From: Phallusia mammillata
Lineage: Eukaryota
Length of the DNA: 64,000 nt
Direction of reading: 5' to 3'
Assembly: GCA_965637545.1 (NCBI GenBank)
Contig: OZ281498.1
Location: 5,952,001-6,016,000, forward strand
The notes under the pieces are model-generated. The model saw nothing but the letters and a program-made list of their open reading frames with translations, was not told where the DNA came from and did not search any database. Position 1 is the first letter of the stretch, and the number at the start of each line of letters is the position of its first letter. Below are positions 61,301-64,000 of this stretch, one piece after another. The position numbers and the translations under genes were made by a program.

Positions 61301-63191
61301 TCTGTTTGCCTTGTTTTTGTTTAGCTGGGAGTGGCCGTTTGGCGGGCTTTAGAACGCGGCCGATCGCTAATATGCGCAACCCACTTCAATGCAATGACAA
61401 GGCGCGCTTTGTACCTCTTCGTAAACCACCAGGATTTTTGTACTTTTTCACCTGGGACAATTGCATCAATGATCTGGTATGTCCTATTTGAAAACAAGTA
61501 CCATTGTGAAGAAGGTGCTCTGCAAATTTGCGCAGACCTTTGAGATGTCTCAATTTGATCAAACCTATCTTTAATCTGAATTTTAATTGGTTTGGTAATC
61601 TCTTTGTCCCTATTGTTGAGCTTATATACCTTCCTTAAGTGGCGGATAAAAACACACATAACCTGTCCACCTTCAGAGAGCTGTATGACTTGCCGTATTG
61701 TCCAAGTGCAAGTACATGGTATTATTTATAATGTTACTGTGCTAACATGCTCATTTACATACAAATGGAATGATTAATTTGATCAATAAACCAATTTTTT
61801 GAACTATCAAGGTTCACAGATCGGCCATCCAAATAAGAGTCACGTTTCTAAACATATAGGGGAAAATTATACATTTTTGAAATGCCCATTACCTAAAGAC
61901 AAAAGGAGCCACTATAAGTAAATCCGAAAAATAAGGGTTGTTTCACCGCTGCAAAATACTTAAAACATTTCAAAAAATACTGAAAAACACTAAATACCGT
62001 TTGGGGACTCTTTTTACCCGTTTTTTATGACACTCTTTCTCAAATGCGACAAAGGTAGATTTCATATCCACGCGTTTCAAAGGTGATCATATAGGGATGT
62101 CGGATGGTGAAGCCGAAATAGTGATATGAAAACGCAAACATAGATTTGAATTTTGGTCTTTCCCACAGCTGGCGCAAAACCATAATTTATGCACTTTTTT
62201 TGTCTTTGACGTTCTTGGCTCTGTTTACGTTACAAGCAATGGCAGCTTAAAATGAAGAGCCTATCAATCTCCACCCTGTCCTCTCCTAGTGACAGAACAG
62301 CTCATACAAGTGGTTTCGACGCACTCATACTGGTAACAAATCCAGACCCTGGTCTGCCATGTAACCCCGCCTTGGCCTAGGCAGCGAGCGATAAGCCAAC
62401 TTAGCGACCGGTGGCAGTGAGGATACGGAAAAGAGAGAGGAAATTTGGAGGGAGGGAGGGGATCATGCGGCACAAACAGCAGCAGTGGTCGTTCTGTCGT
62501 CAAGTGGTCTCCACTCCACGCGTGTTTGTTTGTCAACTGCCGAAGCGCCGCCAAGCGATAAATACAACTTGAACGAGAAGCCCAACAACGCTCTGCGCGC
62601 CCCCATCAACATGTCATCGCTGTTACAACACACTTGTTTGGGGATATCGGCGCGTTCGTTTTTTTTCTCTCCGCCGCTGAGAACAAACAAAACGCACGCT
62701 GGGCGCAAGTGTGTGTGTGTTTGTTGTCCCGATTTTAACACATTTGCTCAAGACGAACTACAGTTCAGACACGAGTTAGCGGAGGTCTAGGTGTTAATTT
62801 GTAGTGTCAGAGAGGTTAGAATTAAAAAAAGATTTCGGCAGTTTTGAAAGATGCGATTCGCAAGAGATTCAAACTCGACCTTATAAACACCAGACGTCGT
62901 CAACAAGATATGTACATACAAAAACTTTAAGGCAAACATTTGTGTAAAATGGTTTTGTAGGGTTTAGGGCCTAAACTTTAGGCTGTGTATAAGTAACAAA
63001 CTTTTTGTTGCCGTGTTCGGTGCCACAAAATCCACTACTTTAGAAATTTTAAGTTACAAATTTTTTTATTAACTGTTTTTAGTAGTCTAATACAGATTTT
63101 GTGAAACTGAACAAATTCTCATCGTTATTCACTGCGTCAAGTGTGACGTTGAGGTCAGAGGCGCGAGGCGAGACAGTCGAAATTCGCACCA

Positions 63192-63904
63192 CACGTGTAC
63201 GCCAGTGACGTCACGTAGTCTCCTGTTCGTGAAGTAGGCTTTTCAGGCGTCTCTACTTGTGATTGTCCCAGTGACTCCGGTACTGGTGAAAGACCCTTTA
63301 GAAAAAAAAACATTTTGTTCGCTAAATATTTATGAACAGCATTTTAGGGAAATTTTGTTTGTTGTTTGTCGCTCTTTTTTTGTTTTTTTGTAATATTTTT
63401 ATGGCGTTTTACGAATGCTACTTTCTCTTCACCTTGACCGCGAGTTGTTTAAGATTTCAGGCCAATGACTTATCCAACATTAAACATTGGTTCGAAACAT
63501 ACGGCACTTACGGTGTCCGTAAACATGTCTCTCAGCTATTAAGCCGTAGGAATGTGTGTAACGGGGCCAGAAATGCTCAATCCAAGTATTGTTCTACCGG
63601 CATAAAAAGTGTCGTTTGGCGTCGCAAACAGTTTCTTACACAACGCCTTGTTGTCAACAGCGACCTCCTCCGTGAGTGGGTAATGCTCGCTGTTGCGCGT
63701 TCATCCGTAATTTCATTAGGGCCGGGCAATTGTTTGCTCGGTACACAGTTCTTTCTTCATGATAGGGAACAGTGTTTATAAATAAATAATGCTCTTTCAG
63801 GGCAACTTATACACACATATGTGCGCCCCGGTCTCTATTGATCGCCTGTCGATGCTGTTTCTATAGGTTTATTTGTCACTTTTGCGCGGCGCCTCCATAT
63901 AAGG
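63192..63904. promoter_or_regulatory. Candidate cis-regulatory cluster (E-box, CRE, CArG)
   Basis: CACGTG at 63192-63197, TGACGTCA at 63206-63213 and perfect CArG CCATATAAGG at 63895-63904 in a GC-rich patch. No gene could be assigned. Confidence 0.4.
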
Positions 63905-64000
63905 CGCGCCGCTACCCCCGCTGGGGTTTCTGGGTAAACAAATGCCGCTCCCGTTTCGAAAAAAGCCGTCAAGCGGCGACGGACAACACAATGGCGCTCC

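Noticed and set aside
60770-61659. Cluster of 60-112 aa ORFs on both strands
   Set aside because: Overlapping, unrecognisable peptides in a locally GC-richer patch; more consistent with regulatory DNA.

Overview
Intron-rich, AT-rich animal genomic DNA, most likely an ascidian tunicate (inferred from compact introns, chordate-like proteins and operon-like gene packing; not verified). Ten protein-coding genes could be assembled by hand with GT-AG junctions: LZIC (-, partial), LMBR1 (+), a three-BED-finger catalytically dead hAT-derived gene (-), POLR2A/RPB1 (+), GPN2 (-), EMC5/MMGT1 (-, absent from the ORF track), a LENG9-TRPT1 fusion (+), TSR2 (+), a large FGD-family Cdc42 GEF (-) and SUPT4H1 (+). 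Introns and spacers hold many hAT MITEs, a Helentron-like element, a fold-back element with a tRNA-like arm and a LINE-like 3' tail. Main highlights: (1) one 714-aa ORF joins MJ1316, a 2H phosphoesterase and Tpt1, all with intact catalytic motifs, suggesting a single-chain RNA end-healing enzyme; (2) the EMC5 stop lies 14 nt from the GPN2 start with no splice acceptor in the gap; (3) a domesticated hAT transposase sits head-to-head with POLR2A; (4) the TSR2-FGD convergent pair matches the human TSR2-FGD1 arrangement. No gene could be assigned in the last ~5.5 kb, which looks regulatory.
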